Of a DNA stretch of 39,747 nt, positions 17,052 through 25,834 are shown piece after piece. The stretch is from an uncultured virus (IMG/VR IMGVR_UViG_3300050134_000033). Its lineage: Duplodnaviria; Heunggongvirae; Uroviricota; Caudoviricetes. Made by a program: the position numbers and the translations under genes. Each line of letters starts with the position of its first letter. Position 1 is the stretch's first letter. The stretch lies in the IMG/VR virus record IMGVR_UViG_3300050134_000033; one strand, given 5' to 3'. Below the pieces are notes generated by a model. The model made no database searches. It was not told where the DNA came from and was given only the letters and a program-made list of their open reading frames with translations.

Positions 17052-17873
17052 TTACAGTCCCTTTGATGCCAAAAACACGTGGCTTACGAAGCCAGCGACG
17101 TAGCCAGCGATGAACCAGTGGCGCTTGGACTTGTTGAACTTGTCCGTCATCACTTTCTTCTCTTCGACACACTGGGCTTCATGATCGGTATCCAGTTTTG
17201 TCGCCCCTGTAACCGCCGTATTGAGCGTGGCTACTTGGGTGCCGAGATCGAAGATGTTCTTGTTCTGCTGGACGATCAATAGATCGTCGTTCGTCTTCAA
17301 CGTGGTCTCGTTGGCAAGCTGCGCCGTCAGGACGGGGACCTTCTCCAACTGCTGAACCGTTGCGAGAGCGTTTGACGGGGTTACCGTGACGTTGTTGCCC
17401 GAACCAATCGCTCCTGTGAAATTCGTGCCGGGGGCAAGCTGTGCCCAACGGTCAACGAGTGCGGGAACGGGAAGCGTAGCGTCCGTGTGCTGTTGTTTCG
17501 TCAGAGCGGTCGCCAGTGCGGTGTTTGCCGCCACAAGCTGCTGGTTCTGAGCGGTTACCTTATCGGTGAGCGCCTGAAGTGCCAGCTTATCCTGTGCCGC
17601 CTGAGCCGCGTCCTTCTGGGCCTGAGCCGCGATAGCTGCGTTCTGTTGTACCTGTGCGGCGACAACGAGCTTCTGTTGCTGTAGGGCGGCACTGTCATGA
17701 TCGAGGCGAATCTGGGCGTACTTGCCGTAGCCCCACCACAATGTGATGGCAAGGATGACGACGATGAGAAGCTTTTCGTGGTCGAGCAGGAAGGAACGAA
17801 TCTTGCCGATTTCCCCGCCGTGTACTGGGCTTACCGCTTTTGGGGCTGCACTAGATGTTGTCTGGTCTGACAT
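17052..17873 (-). CDS. Membrane-anchored coiled-coil protein, spanin-like candidate
   Basis: N-terminal TM LLIVVILAITLWWGY, long Gln/Ala coiled coil, hydrophobic C-terminal WFIAGYVAGFV. Confidence 0.5.
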   Translation of the reverse strand: MSDQTTSSAAPKAVSPVHGGEIGKIRSFLLDHEKLLIVVILAITLWWGYGKYAQIRLDHDSAALQQQKLVVAAQVQQNAAIAAQAQKDAAQAAQDKLALQALTDKVTAQNQQLVAANTALATALTKQQHTDATLPVPALVDRWAQLAPGTNFTGAIGSGNNVTVTPSNALATVQQLEKVPVLTAQLANETTLKTNDDLLIVQQNKNIFDLGTQVATLNTAVTGATKLDTDHEAQCVEEKKVMTDKFNKSKRHWFIAGYVAGFVSHVFLASKGL

Positions 17874-18363
17874 ATCGATAACTCTCCCCTTGCACAGTTA
17901 ATGGACAAAGTTGAAAATTCGTGCAAGCAAATTCTCGATCCAGCACACGCGAAATCGCATCGTACTCAACAGCGGCTCGAAGCTCACTATTCCAGTAGCT
18001 CACCCGTGCTTTACCGCTGCGACTAATACGCGACATCCACTTCTTGGAGTGTTTGTGCCATTGCACTCCCTTAAACTTGCTGCGACCATTTCGATTTTTT
18101 CGACGGTTCGCCTGATTCTGTGCTGCGGTACAGGCTCGAAGATTTAACTTCTGACAATCAAGCCCGTTTTGGTTACGGTGATCTACTAGCACCGCTGGAT
18201 CGGCCACATCTAACACCAGTCGATGCAGCTTCACCACAGCCACGGCATACGCCGTCTTCTTCCGCTTATGAATGGACACCCGCCAATTGAATCTGGACAG
18301 GCGTTCGTAGTCTTCATCATCCACTAACGCGGAATATCCTCCGTTGAGCTTGATTTCTCTCAT
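17851..18363 (-). CDS. HNH endonuclease with AP2 domain
   Basis: ALVDDEDY...LHRLV...VDHRNQNGLD...NLRACT..QN..N and SKFKGV.W....KKW; leaderless GTATTA-N6-ATG. Confidence 0.9.
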   Translation of the reverse strand: MREIKLNGGYSALVDDEDYERLSRFNWRVSIHKRKKTAYAVAVVKLHRLVLDVADPAVLVDHRNQNGLDCQKLNLRACTAAQNQANRRKNRNGRSKFKGVQWHKHSKKWMSRISRSGKARVSYWNSELRAAVEYDAISRVLDREFACTNFQLCPLTVQGESYRYVRPDNI

Positions 18364-18396
18364 ACAGAGTAATACTACAATTTCAGAACGGCGTAA

Positions 18397-18606
18397 TCAT
18401 TTCTCCAAAAATTCTCTGTTCAACTGTTTGTGCAGGAGATCGAGAGACTGAATCGATAGGTCCAGAGCAATCCTGTGGGTGACGCGGGTTTCCGCATCCC
18501 ACTCGGACGCGCTGTCTCGGGCATCAATTAAGAGTTCGCAAGCTTTATCTTGCGCTTTAACTGCCCTTTTTAAGCGGGCAATTCTTTTGGTTTGCAGTCG
18601 TGTCAT
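18397..18606 (-). CDS. Hypothetical helical protein
   Basis: ATGA coupling. Confidence 0.5.
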   Translation of the reverse strand: MTRLQTKRIARLKRAVKAQDKACELLIDARDSASEWDAETRVTHRIALDLSIQSLDLLHKQLNREFLEK

Positions 18607-18860
18607 TTCTCTCTTCCCAATTTGCGGCGAGACCACAACACCAACATACCGGGTAACATCGTGTCCTTGTTCGGATTTTCGAACTCCTCGCGAAGGCATT
18701 TCGGTAGCCGTTTGATTTCGCCGACATTAAGCGAAAGAATCTCCAATCCACCCGGCAGGCGGAAAGAAAATCGCCGTTCGAGCGGCAACCCCACGACATC
18801 GATCCCAAGCGTCAGACCATCGGCGATCTTCTTGACAAGTTGACGTTCTTCTCTCAGCAT
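18603..18860 (-). CDS. Hypothetical protein
   Basis: Starts immediately after the NusG-like stop codon. Confidence 0.5.
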   Translation of the reverse strand: MLREERQLVKKIADGLTLGIDVVGLPLERRFSFRLPGGLEILSLNVGEIKRLPKCLREEFENPNKDTMLPGMLVLWSRRKLGREK

Positions 18861-20183
18861 TTACTTCGTTGCCCTTTCCTTAAACCGAACGCAGGTGCAT
18901 GGGCCTGAGTAATTCTTGGCGACCCACGAATGAATCTTGTGGTTGCTGGTCCCACCGCACCGTCCCCAAGAGCCCTTGGACGTGACCTTGTGCTCTGACC
19001 GCGTGTGGTAGCAGGTGTTGCATGTATCGGTGCCCAGCTTCTTGCGCTTCTTCGGGCCTCGGGTCTTTTTTTCGACGACCTTGACTTCAGTCGCGGCGAC
19101 CTCTTTGATGTCCTTGCCTTTACGGGCCTCTTTCGAACGCCCGTCTTTGCAGACTTCTTGGGTTAATACTGGGATTTTGCACTCAGTATCCAATTTAGCG
19201 ATCTGATTGGCAGAAAACTTGAATTCCTTGCCGTGTTTGTGGATCACGTCACGGTAAGTGTTAAGCTCGGGGTCCTGTTTTTTGAAATAGTCCTTCATCA
19301 ACCGATCCTTGATGATGCAGTAGATGATGAACAGGTTCTTCGGAGCCTTGATCTCCCCCGATTTGAGGTTTTGCATCACAACCTTAGCGATCTCAAGCGG
19401 GTTGTGCTTACCCTCAATCAGCACGAGCTTCTTGACCAGTGCGGTGACCGTGCGCTGGCGAGAATGGCGCTTGGGCTCCTCAGCCTTGGCTTGCTCTTCC
19501 AGAACTTCGACCGTGGGCATAGTCTCGTCTAGATGCAGGTCTTCCGCGATCAACGCCGACGCTATTTCTTCGCCCAGTTCATCGAATAACGCATCCACCA
19601 TCGGGCCGAAGTAGTACACCCTTCGGTTCTCGGGGACATTGGGCAGGTTCAGGAGGTTGCGGATCGGGGTCTCTTGCAGGATGTACTTGGTGCGGAGGGT
19701 GATCCTGACCATCGCCGAACCGTCGCCGATGACCTCCACGACGCCGCAGAAGTCGCGGCATTCACCGTTCAGGATACGGACAAAGCTGCCAACCTCGATC
19801 CCGATAGCCCGCTGGCGATGCTCTTCTTCCGCCAGAGAGATAAGACTCTGCACGTAAGCGTCCTCTACGGAGATGGCCTTCGATGGGCGGTTACAATCGC
19901 CCTCGGTGACCAAGCCGCAGATGCCTGTGATTTGTTTGAGCCGCAGGAGGGCGGGGAAGCTGGTGCTGCGAACGAACACGTACTGCACCGTGCCCAATTC
20001 GAAAACATCGAGATCACGCTTTTGGACAGGGATGAAGACTTCGAGAGGCTCATCACGAAAGATGCCCCCGACTTCTCTCCCCAGCCGCTTCATAGTGGGC
20101 TCGACGGTCTTGTCTGACCTAAGTTCCGCCATGTACCACTTTGTGTTTTTGAGCTTTTCGGTTGGGCCGTATTCGAGAACCAT
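18861..20183 (-). CDS. nusG: NusG-like transcription factor (NGN + KOW) with about 260-aa C-terminal extension ending in a Cys/His cluster
   Basis: KWY...EVFIP...YVFV...GICGLV NGN pattern; KOW IEVGSFVRILNGECRDFCGVV; C-terminal CNTCYH..SEH...C...CTC. Confidence 0.75.
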   Translation of the reverse strand: MVLEYGPTEKLKNTKWYMAELRSDKTVEPTMKRLGREVGGIFRDEPLEVFIPVQKRDLDVFELGTVQYVFVRSTSFPALLRLKQITGICGLVTEGDCNRPSKAISVEDAYVQSLISLAEEEHRQRAIGIEVGSFVRILNGECRDFCGVVEVIGDGSAMVRITLRTKYILQETPIRNLLNLPNVPENRRVYYFGPMVDALFDELGEEIASALIAEDLHLDETMPTVEVLEEQAKAEEPKRHSRQRTVTALVKKLVLIEGKHNPLEIAKVVMQNLKSGEIKAPKNLFIIYCIIKDRLMKDYFKKQDPELNTYRDVIHKHGKEFKFSANQIAKLDTECKIPVLTQEVCKDGRSKEARKGKDIKEVAATEVKVVEKKTRGPKKRKKLGTDTCNTCYHTRSEHKVTSKGSWGRCGGTSNHKIHSWVAKNYSGPCTCVRFKERATK

Positions 20184-20194
20184 GAAGGCTAATA

Positions 20195-20254
20195 CTAGAT
20201 ATAGGGTAAAAATACTCTATAAACTGAAAATTATTTCCCTAGATATAGGTAAAA
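20195..20254. repeat. Direct repeat CTAGATATAGG(G)TAAAA x2 in a divergent promoter region
   Basis: Copies at 20195-20211 and 20239-20254; core CTAGATATAG is quasi-palindromic. Confidence 0.7.
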
Positions 20255-20255
20255 G

Positions 20256-20264
20256 TGGTATGAT
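20256..20264 (+). promoter_or_regulatory. Extended -10 promoter TGgTATGAT
   Basis: TGn plus TATGAT, 4-7 nt before ATG 20269/20272. Confidence 0.55.
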
Positions 20265-20271
20265 GGTCATG

Positions 20272-20496
20272 ATGCCACGAAAAAGGTACAAAAAGCCACC
20301 GACTCGAATCCATCTGGTGCGGTTCTTGCACCTTCTCTTGGAAGAGTGTGTGCCCGCACGGATAGAGGAACTGGTGAAACGTGTGGAGGGGGGAGAAACT
20401 GGAGAATCGGGACGTGCGTGGGAGATTGCCAACCGCCTTATGAAACCGACACCCGGACAAGAACGGGCAGCGGCAGGAGCGAGGGCAGCGATATGA
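20272..20496 (+). CDS. Hypothetical protein (start uncertain, 20260-20272)
   Basis: MPRKRYKKPPTRIHLVRFLHLLL...; ATGA coupling to the next gene. Confidence 0.5.
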   Translation: MPRKRYKKPPTRIHLVRFLHLLLEECVPARIEELVKRVEGGETGESGRAWEIANRLMKPTPGQERAAAGARAAI

Positions 20497-20918
20497 GAGT
20501 TGTCTATTTGGTGGGGAACAAACCGGAGAGGAAGTACAAAATCGGGGTGACCACCGACATCAATCAGCGGCTTCGGGGGCTATCTACAGCTTCCCCCATA
20601 AAAATCGAACTCATTACAGTGTGGTTTTACGAAGGATATCGAAAGCTGGAGAAATATCTCCACACCCAATTCCACGCCAACCGTCTGAACGGGGAGTGGT
20701 TTCAACTGTCGGAGGAAGACATCAGCCGTTGCAACAATCTAGCGGTAAGGTACATGGCCGCGAACCCCATCGAGAAGCAAAAAGAAAAGTCTCGCCAAAA
20801 ACGAATTGACAAGGCAGTCGGGGTGGTCGTCCTCGCTAAACTCAAAGCCCACCGAGCGAAATTACTGGCTGAAATCGAGCAGGTTAAGGGTGAGATCGCC
20901 GAAATTACCACCGCATAA
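20493..20918 (+). CDS. GIY-YIG superfamily (T5orf172/MUG113-like) protein
   Basis: VYLV...YKIGVT.D...RL..L.T.SP...LEK.LH..F...RLNGEWF.L. Confidence 0.85.
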   Translation: MRVVYLVGNKPERKYKIGVTTDINQRLRGLSTASPIKIELITVWFYEGYRKLEKYLHTQFHANRLNGEWFQLSEEDISRCNNLAVRYMAANPIEKQKEKSRQKRIDKAVGVVVLAKLKAHRAKLLAEIEQVKGEIAEITTA

Positions 20919-20972
20919 TCAATAACTTAGGAGGAACTAGCCAATTTTTCCTTATGCTCCGTATACTTGAGC

Positions 20973-21125
20973 ATGACAACAAAAAAGCCACGCTGCAAGC
21001 ACAAACGTATCAAGCGGTTTCGTTTTTCCACAGGCGAGAAAATCGCGTGCTGTCCCGATTGCACGCGGTTTGATCGGAAGCGTCGGCGGATTCTGTGCCG
21101 CGTTAGAGTGCCGATCCCACGCTGA
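20973..21125 (+). CDS. 50-aa basic Cys-containing protein (not in ORF track)
   Basis: MTTKKPRCKHKRIKRFRFSTGEKIACCPDCTRFDRKRRR...; TATACT 5 nt upstream; converges on the dnaX stop. Confidence 0.45.
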   Translation: MTTKKPRCKHKRIKRFRFSTGEKIACCPDCTRFDRKRRRILCRVRVPIPR

Positions 21126-22508
21126 TTACATCGGATCGTCTTCGTACCCATCAGCATCGCCAGACGGCACAAAGACGTGCCGTTCGGCGGCTATGGGTTC
21201 ATCCTCCGTCTCCTCGACTGGAATACCTGCGGCGGCGACCTCTTCCATATCTTTCACCAGACCGTCCAGCATAACCTCGGGCTCATCGCTGAGGAACTCC
21301 GCGACTTCCTGAGCCGCCACGACGCTGCCGACTATCTCGGCGGGCTTGGCTGGGGGGATGTCTTCCACGGCTACGCCCTCAGGCGGTGCGACCAGCAAAA
21401 GCTCCTTGATTGTACCCATGGTGCTGCCAAATGCCCCGCCCTGCGCTTTCTGAGCCCGTACACGAGCCTTCCTCTCGGATGGGGTGCCGTGGAGCTTCAG
21501 AAGCTCGAACGCTACCAGAGGCATGATATTGGACGGCAGGTTGGGCGTGGTAGCCCATTTGATGAACAGGGCGGTGACATCGCCCGTTTCCGGCAGGCCC
21601 ACGAAAATCGGTAGGATGCTGGGGTCAGTCTCGGCGAAAACCGCCCTGCCGTAGACCGAGAACATCATCTCAATTACCTTGGCTGGGCGGGCCTTCCTGC
21701 CCGCTTCGTCCGCCAGTTTGATCGCCGCTGCTTGGTCCTTCGCCGCAATAGCCAGCATCAGCTTGACGCACACGTCTTCGAGGCTCGTATCGAGAATGAC
21801 CTTGACGTGCTCGGTGCTCACCAACCCGAGGGCGGCAGCCGAACCAAGAACGTTGACGGCATCCCTGATGATCCCTTTGGCTTGACGGGCGATCAGCCGC
21901 AAGGCGTCTAGCTCATAGGTTATCTCGTTACGGTTGGCAACGTTCGCCAGCAGACCGACAATGGTATCGGGGTGGACTAACTCAAAAGGAATCTGGGTGC
22001 ATCGACTGCGGATGGTGCCCGCGATACTGTCCGCCTTGTTGCTCACGAAGATGATGCTCGTGCAAAAGTTCCCCTGTTCCAGCGGCTTGAGAAACACGTC
22101 CCAAGCCTCGGAGCTAAGGCGATGGGCCTCGTCGATCACGATGACCCGACGCTTGCTGTAATTGGGGGTTTGAGTGCCCCAAAGTTCCATGATCTCGCGA
22201 GCTTTGTCCACCCCCGAATACAGGGCGGCGTCAATCTCCTTGAAGTCTGAATGGCTGTCGATTCCGCCCTCCGCTATCGTGAGGCAGGAATCACACTTGC
22301 CGCAACCCAACGGGTCTTTGCCTGTACACAAAAGAGCACGAGCCAACAAGTAGGACGTTGTGGTCTTCCCGACGCCAATGAAACCATAGAAAAGGAACCC
22401 TTTGAGCATTAGGTGCTTGTTGTTCAGGATGGCTTGGAGAACGGTGATCGCCCGTGGCTGTCCAACGACAGCGTTCCATTCAGACGGACGTTGGGCGATA
22501 AGGTTCAT
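21126..22508 (-). CDS. dnaX: DNA polymerase III gamma/tau-like clamp loader
   Basis: RP..W..VVGQ, Walker A GFIGVGKTT, CGKCDSC zinc motif, EIDAA, VIDEAH Walker B, TIRSRC (SRC), G.IRDA; acidic tail. Confidence 0.92.
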   Translation of the reverse strand: MNLIAQRPSEWNAVVGQPRAITVLQAILNNKHLMLKGFLFYGFIGVGKTTTSYLLARALLCTGKDPLGCGKCDSCLTIAEGGIDSHSDFKEIDAALYSGVDKAREIMELWGTQTPNYSKRRVIVIDEAHRLSSEAWDVFLKPLEQGNFCTSIIFVSNKADSIAGTIRSRCTQIPFELVHPDTIVGLLANVANRNEITYELDALRLIARQAKGIIRDAVNVLGSAAALGLVSTEHVKVILDTSLEDVCVKLMLAIAAKDQAAAIKLADEAGRKARPAKVIEMMFSVYGRAVFAETDPSILPIFVGLPETGDVTALFIKWATTPNLPSNIMPLVAFELLKLHGTPSERKARVRAQKAQGGAFGSTMGTIKELLLVAPPEGVAVEDIPPAKPAEIVGSVVAAQEVAEFLSDEPEVMLDGLVKDMEEVAAAGIPVEETEDEPIAAERHVFVPSGDADGYEDDPM

Positions 22509-22520
22509 AAGGTATGATAC

Positions 22521-22895
22521 TCAGCTTCCCCAAAGGTGCCGAGTCAGTATGATGCAAAGTGCGGAACCGCCCATGCCGCCGATAGTGAACGCCAAGATCG
22601 ACGACCCGCTCCGTGCCTTCTCATTCTCGATCTGGAGCTTGTTGATGACTGTACTTTGCAGCACGATAAGACCATCGGTAATGACCGTCCAGACAATGAA
22701 GCCCTTGGCAAGAGCGCGAAAGTTCGTGGCGATGATAAAGAACGAGGTTAGCTCCATCATGGCGCAGAAAAAGAATCGAGCGACAGGGTTCTGGGGCACC
22801 TTGATCTTGGCGATCAGGTCGTCAAGACGCTGCGGTATCGCAAGCTCTCGAAAGAACTTCCCAAAGGCGGGGAACAGGCTAGAGATTAGGAACAT
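22521..22895 (-). CDS. Multi-TM membrane protein
   Basis: Three hydrophobic segments; FTIGGMGGSAL. Confidence 0.55.
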   Translation of the reverse strand: MFLISSLFPAFGKFFRELAIPQRLDDLIAKIKVPQNPVARFFFCAMMELTSFFIIATNFRALAKGFIVWTVITDGLIVLQSTVINKLQIENEKARSGSSILAFTIGGMGGSALCIILTRHLWGS

Positions 22896-23497
22896 GACCA
22901 CCCTGCGTCTAAGGACGGATCGCTGTCAAACAGCACTCGCTCGTAATGCACGCCGTCGAGCGGGACCACAAAGTCGAGGTAGTCCACGATTCGCCTATGA
23001 TATTTGTCGAAATGCTCAGCCGCAACTTGGTAATCGGGCTGATAACTTCGCACAGAGTAATAGTATACACCAGAATTCCCCACGTTGCGACTCCGCAGGA
23101 ATCCCGGGTAGGCAACCGCAAACTCTTCCAGTGCCAGTTTCCTGTTATCCACTGACGTTTTCGGGAACAAACCCATGCGCTGGATACCGAGGTCGAATTT
23201 CCAGTGGGCCTCGAAGTAAATGCTCGGTCCTGCCATTAACGGCGATTCAACCTTCACACGAATCGGAGTCCACTTGGCGATCTCAAGGAAGCCCCTCGTG
23301 ATGTCGCCCCACTCCAATGCTTCCTCATCAGTGTTGAGGATGCCCTTCTTGGCGAGCATCAGTTGCAGAGGGTATTTTCCTTGATTGAGTTCGATGAGGT
23401 TGGCTTTACAGAGGAGGGCTTTACTGCGACAGTGGTCGTTGAAGGCTTCGAGGCGGTCGTTTTCCGCGACGGTTATGTGCAGTTCATAATACGGCAT
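22886..23497 (-). CDS. Conserved hypothetical protein (two-domain, His-containing)
   Basis: YELHITV...RVKVE...YFEAH.K...SRN...E.V.FDS...LD.GW pattern, recalled from large phages and bacteria. Confidence 0.55.
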   Translation of the reverse strand: MPYYELHITVAENDRLEAFNDHCRSKALLCKANLIELNQGKYPLQLMLAKKGILNTDEEALEWGDITRGFLEIAKWTPIRVKVESPLMAGPSIYFEAHWKFDLGIQRMGLFPKTSVDNRKLALEEFAVAYPGFLRSRNVGNSGVYYYSVRSYQPDYQVAAEHFDKYHRRIVDYLDFVVPLDGVHYERVLFDSDPSLDAGWSCS

Positions 23498-23656
23498 TTA
23501 GTACCTGTTGAAATCGTCGATAGCTTGGTTCATCGCTCGCTGACCTTCGGGCGTGCCGAGAGGATCGAGGCTGCGCTTCCACGCAGGCCACTGTTCGACT
23601 TCTGCACTGACCTCGTTCAACAGGGCAGCGAGTTCCTTGCTTACCTTAAATGCCAT
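23498..23656 (-). CDS. 52-aa hypothetical protein (not in ORF track)
   Basis: MAFKVSKELAALLNEVSAEVEQWPAWKRS...; GAGGGG RBS. Confidence 0.5.
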   Translation of the reverse strand: MAFKVSKELAALLNEVSAEVEQWPAWKRSLDPLGTPEGQRAMNQAIDDFNRY

Positions 23657-23804
23657 TGAAGCCCCTCATTTGATCTTCGAACTTCTTAAAGAATTCTGCC
23701 TCTTCCTCGGGCAGCACAGGCGTCTCAATGTACTTGATGAGAGCAGCGGGGTCACCACCAGCCATGAGGTACGCACGCACGAGACTAGGCATCGGATCAG
23801 CCAT
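23646..23804 (-). CDS. 52-aa hypothetical protein (not in ORF track)
   Basis: MADPMPSLVRAYLMAGGDP...; overlaps both neighbours in operon fashion. Confidence 0.4.
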   Translation of the reverse strand: MADPMPSLVRAYLMAGGDPAALIKYIETPVLPEEEAEFFKKFEDQMRGFNGI

Positions 23805-23991
23805 TGTTCACGCTCTGGGCAATGGTGTAAACCCGTTCACTGAGCTTGCGGATTATATTCACCGCATCGCATATTTCCTTGGCGTCGGCCTCCGAGTGTG
23901 CGTCACAGAAGCGCCTCTCGCCGTCGTATACCCACCAACCTTGGCAATAGTATCCGTCGTCAACGTACTTGTAGGTCAACATCAGTTGCAT
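23797..23991 (-). CDS. Hypothetical protein
   Basis: GAGG RBS; operon packing. Confidence 0.5.
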   Translation of the reverse strand: MQLMLTYKYVDDGYYCQGWWVYDGERRFCDAHSEADAKEICDAVNIIRKLSERVYTIAQSVNNG

Positions 23992-24170
23992 TCCTCGACG
24001 TGGAAGGGCACCGATGCTTGCGCTTCCTCGAAATGTCTGGCAAGGTTACGTGCTTGCTCCAGCCCCTTGACGAACGCCTTCTCAAACTCTTCGCCTTTGC
24101 CGCTCTCGCCGCGATGAGCTTCGTGCCACTTGATTTCCTTCGTGATGAGATCGGTGATGGGGGTGTACAT
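23982..24170 (-). CDS. Hypothetical protein
   Basis: TAATG coupling with the NUDIX gene; MYTPITDLITKEI... Confidence 0.5.
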   Translation of the reverse strand: MYTPITDLITKEIKWHEAHRGESGKGEEFEKAFVKGLEQARNLARHFEEAQASVPFHVEECN

Positions 24171-24655
24171 TAGGCGCTCCCCTCGGGCTTGGGCTGTTGT
24201 GCCATCTCGCGCACTTGATGAGCCGCTTTCGCCCTCAGCACCATGCTGTATTTCATGAAAGCATCGATGGTCATATCGCTCATCTCGTGCTGGTAAAGGC
24301 CGAGATCGCGTGGGTCCACCCAACGAACTTCGCTGAGTTCGTCTTCCTCGGTGAAGGTCGAACGCAACACGCCGCCCTTAGCTTGCCCACTCACATAGAT
24401 CACAAGACGATGCTCGTCAGGTGGGTTGACTTTTTCGGATAGGAAGAGCATCTCCTGATTGCCGACTTCGATGCCAGTCTCTTCCTTGATCTCGCGGGTG
24501 GAGGCTTCCTGAATGGTTTCGAACGGCTCGATCTTGCCGCCCGGAATGATCCACTGACCTTTGGTCTGTTCCTTGGTGGACTTTCCAAGCAGGACGTTGT
24601 GCCCCACGTTGATTACGATTGTCGCTACTCCGACACGGGGTAAATTTTCACTCAT
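24170..24655 (-). CDS. NUDIX hydrolase
   Basis: Nudix box GGKIEPFETIQEASTREIKEETGI. Confidence 0.92.
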   Translation of the reverse strand: MSENLPRVGVATIVINVGHNVLLGKSTKEQTKGQWIIPGGKIEPFETIQEASTREIKEETGIEVGNQEMLFLSEKVNPPDEHRLVIYVSGQAKGGVLRSTFTEEDELSEVRWVDPRDLGLYQHEMSDMTIDAFMKYSMVLRAKAAHQVREMAQQPKPEGSA

Positions 24656-25062
24656 CTTCGATCAACCTCGATTCCTTTACTTTCTGGGAACACACAGCCA
24701 CAGTACGTGCACTCAAACATCCGTTCGTCGGAATCGTGTGTACGGCACAGCGTTGCCACGTGGTATGCGGGAAATCCAATGCCGATGTGGTGCGGGCAAT
24801 GCGAAACCCACTCACTCATCCGCCGACTGTACGGCAAGCCCTCTTTTGCCCAGCGTTGGTGCGTAACGGCGAAATCCTGACAGCAATTGGGAGCTTTCTC
24901 CACGATCTGTTGGAGAACCGCCAGCCAACCCCGCGAGGGGTCAACGGCCTGTGCATAGAAAGAGGCTATGCGGCTCTCCTCATCTTTGCCTTCATAGGCT
25001 TCAACGTGGAAATCCACCGTACCATCTTTTCGCACGTGCTCCGGTTCAATTGCGAACTTCAT
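24652..25062 (-). CDS. Hypothetical Cys/His-rich protein
   Basis: CC, CPHH, CRTH and CTYC motifs. Confidence 0.5.
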   Translation of the reverse strand: MKFAIEPEHVRKDGTVDFHVEAYEGKDEESRIASFYAQAVDPSRGWLAVLQQIVEKAPNCCQDFAVTHQRWAKEGLPYSRRMSEWVSHCPHHIGIGFPAYHVATLCRTHDSDERMFECTYCGCVFPESKGIEVDRR

Positions 25063-25216
25063 CGTGAGCCTTCAACGCCTTGCGGAACATCTTCGCCATC
25101 CACTCACACTGTGTCTTTGTCTCCGTGTAATCCAGCCGAAAGGACTGGACGCCCTGACTGACCTTCACGGTGAACTTCAACGGATCGTGGTATGACCGAA
25201 CAACTTCAACTTTCAT
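25046..25216 (-). CDS. 56-aa hypothetical protein (not in ORF track)
   Basis: MKVEVVRSYHDPLKFTVKVSQGVQSFRLDY...; GGAG RBS; ATGA coupling. Confidence 0.5.
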   Translation of the reverse strand: MKVEVVRSYHDPLKFTVKVSQGVQSFRLDYTETKTQCEWMAKMFRKALKAHDEVRN

Positions 25217-25563
25217 AACTCCGTAACCTCAATGATCTCGGAGGTCACGATTCGCTGCGGGTGATCCACGGTGGTGAACTCCATGAACATGCCACGACCT
25301 ATGAACTTGGTACGAATCATGCTACTTTCTCGTGTGTATATGGAGCCCACGATGCTGCCCTTTGTGGGGACGGGGCAGTACGTCGCGTTGCCCTGAATCA
25401 AGACCCCATCTTCAAGCTTCTCGATCTCGTACCTTGTGTTCTTGGTCTGGGCGATCACCTTGCCGCCGACAGGTAACTTGTTCAGATCACACCCGCCCTG
25501 AAGCTCACTCTCTGCATGAGCCCGGTTAAGCTCGGGAGCCCAATTTGGGTGCGGTTCGAACAC
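25213..25563 (-). CDS. Conserved hypothetical beta-rich protein (family recalled from Acidobacteria)
   Basis: G..L..L..G....QT.N.RY.I...IQG...YCP.PT....GS...IGRGM.MEF...I.TS.I; GTG start after GAGG. Confidence 0.55.
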   Translation of the reverse strand: MFEPHPNWAPELNRAHAESELQGGCDLNKLPVGGKVIAQTKNTRYEIEKLEDGVLIQGNATYCPVPTKGSIVGSIYTRESSMIRTKFIGRGMFMEFTTVDHPQRIVTSEIIEVTEL

Positions 25564-25564
25564 C

Positions 25565-25834
25565 TTATGCCTCGGGTGCGTCCTTGGACATCTTTTGCAT
25601 GATCTCCAACATCTTCTGGTATTCTTCAGCCTCAAAAACTTCTGCGAGGAGCATCACATGAACATCTTCTTTGACGCTCATTTCTTTCAACTGCCGTTCC
25701 GCCGCCGCATCATCCCCCGCAATAACGAAGTCGTAGAACGCGGAACGCATCGCTTCAAGGTCCTTCGCCGACCGCTCAAGGTACGCCTTGATCCAAACGA
25801 GAAGCTTCTCCTGATCTACTTCCGATGGCTTCAT
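25565..25834 (-). CDS. Hypothetical helical protein
   Basis: GGAGG RBS; ATGA coupling. Confidence 0.55.
   Translation of the reverse strand: MKPSEVDQEKLLVWIKAYLERSAKDLEAMRSAFYDFVIAGDDAAAERQLKEMSVKEDVHVMLLAEVFEAEEYQKMLEIMQKMSKDAPEA

Noticed and set aside
20954..20974. ATGCTC-N9-GAGCAT inverted repeat around the TATACT box
   Set aside because: A 6-bp stem seen once is too weak to support a regulatory call.
21126..22508. Programmed frameshift producing gamma/tau forms of DnaX
   Set aside because: I saw no A6G or long poly-A slippery site in the coding strand.
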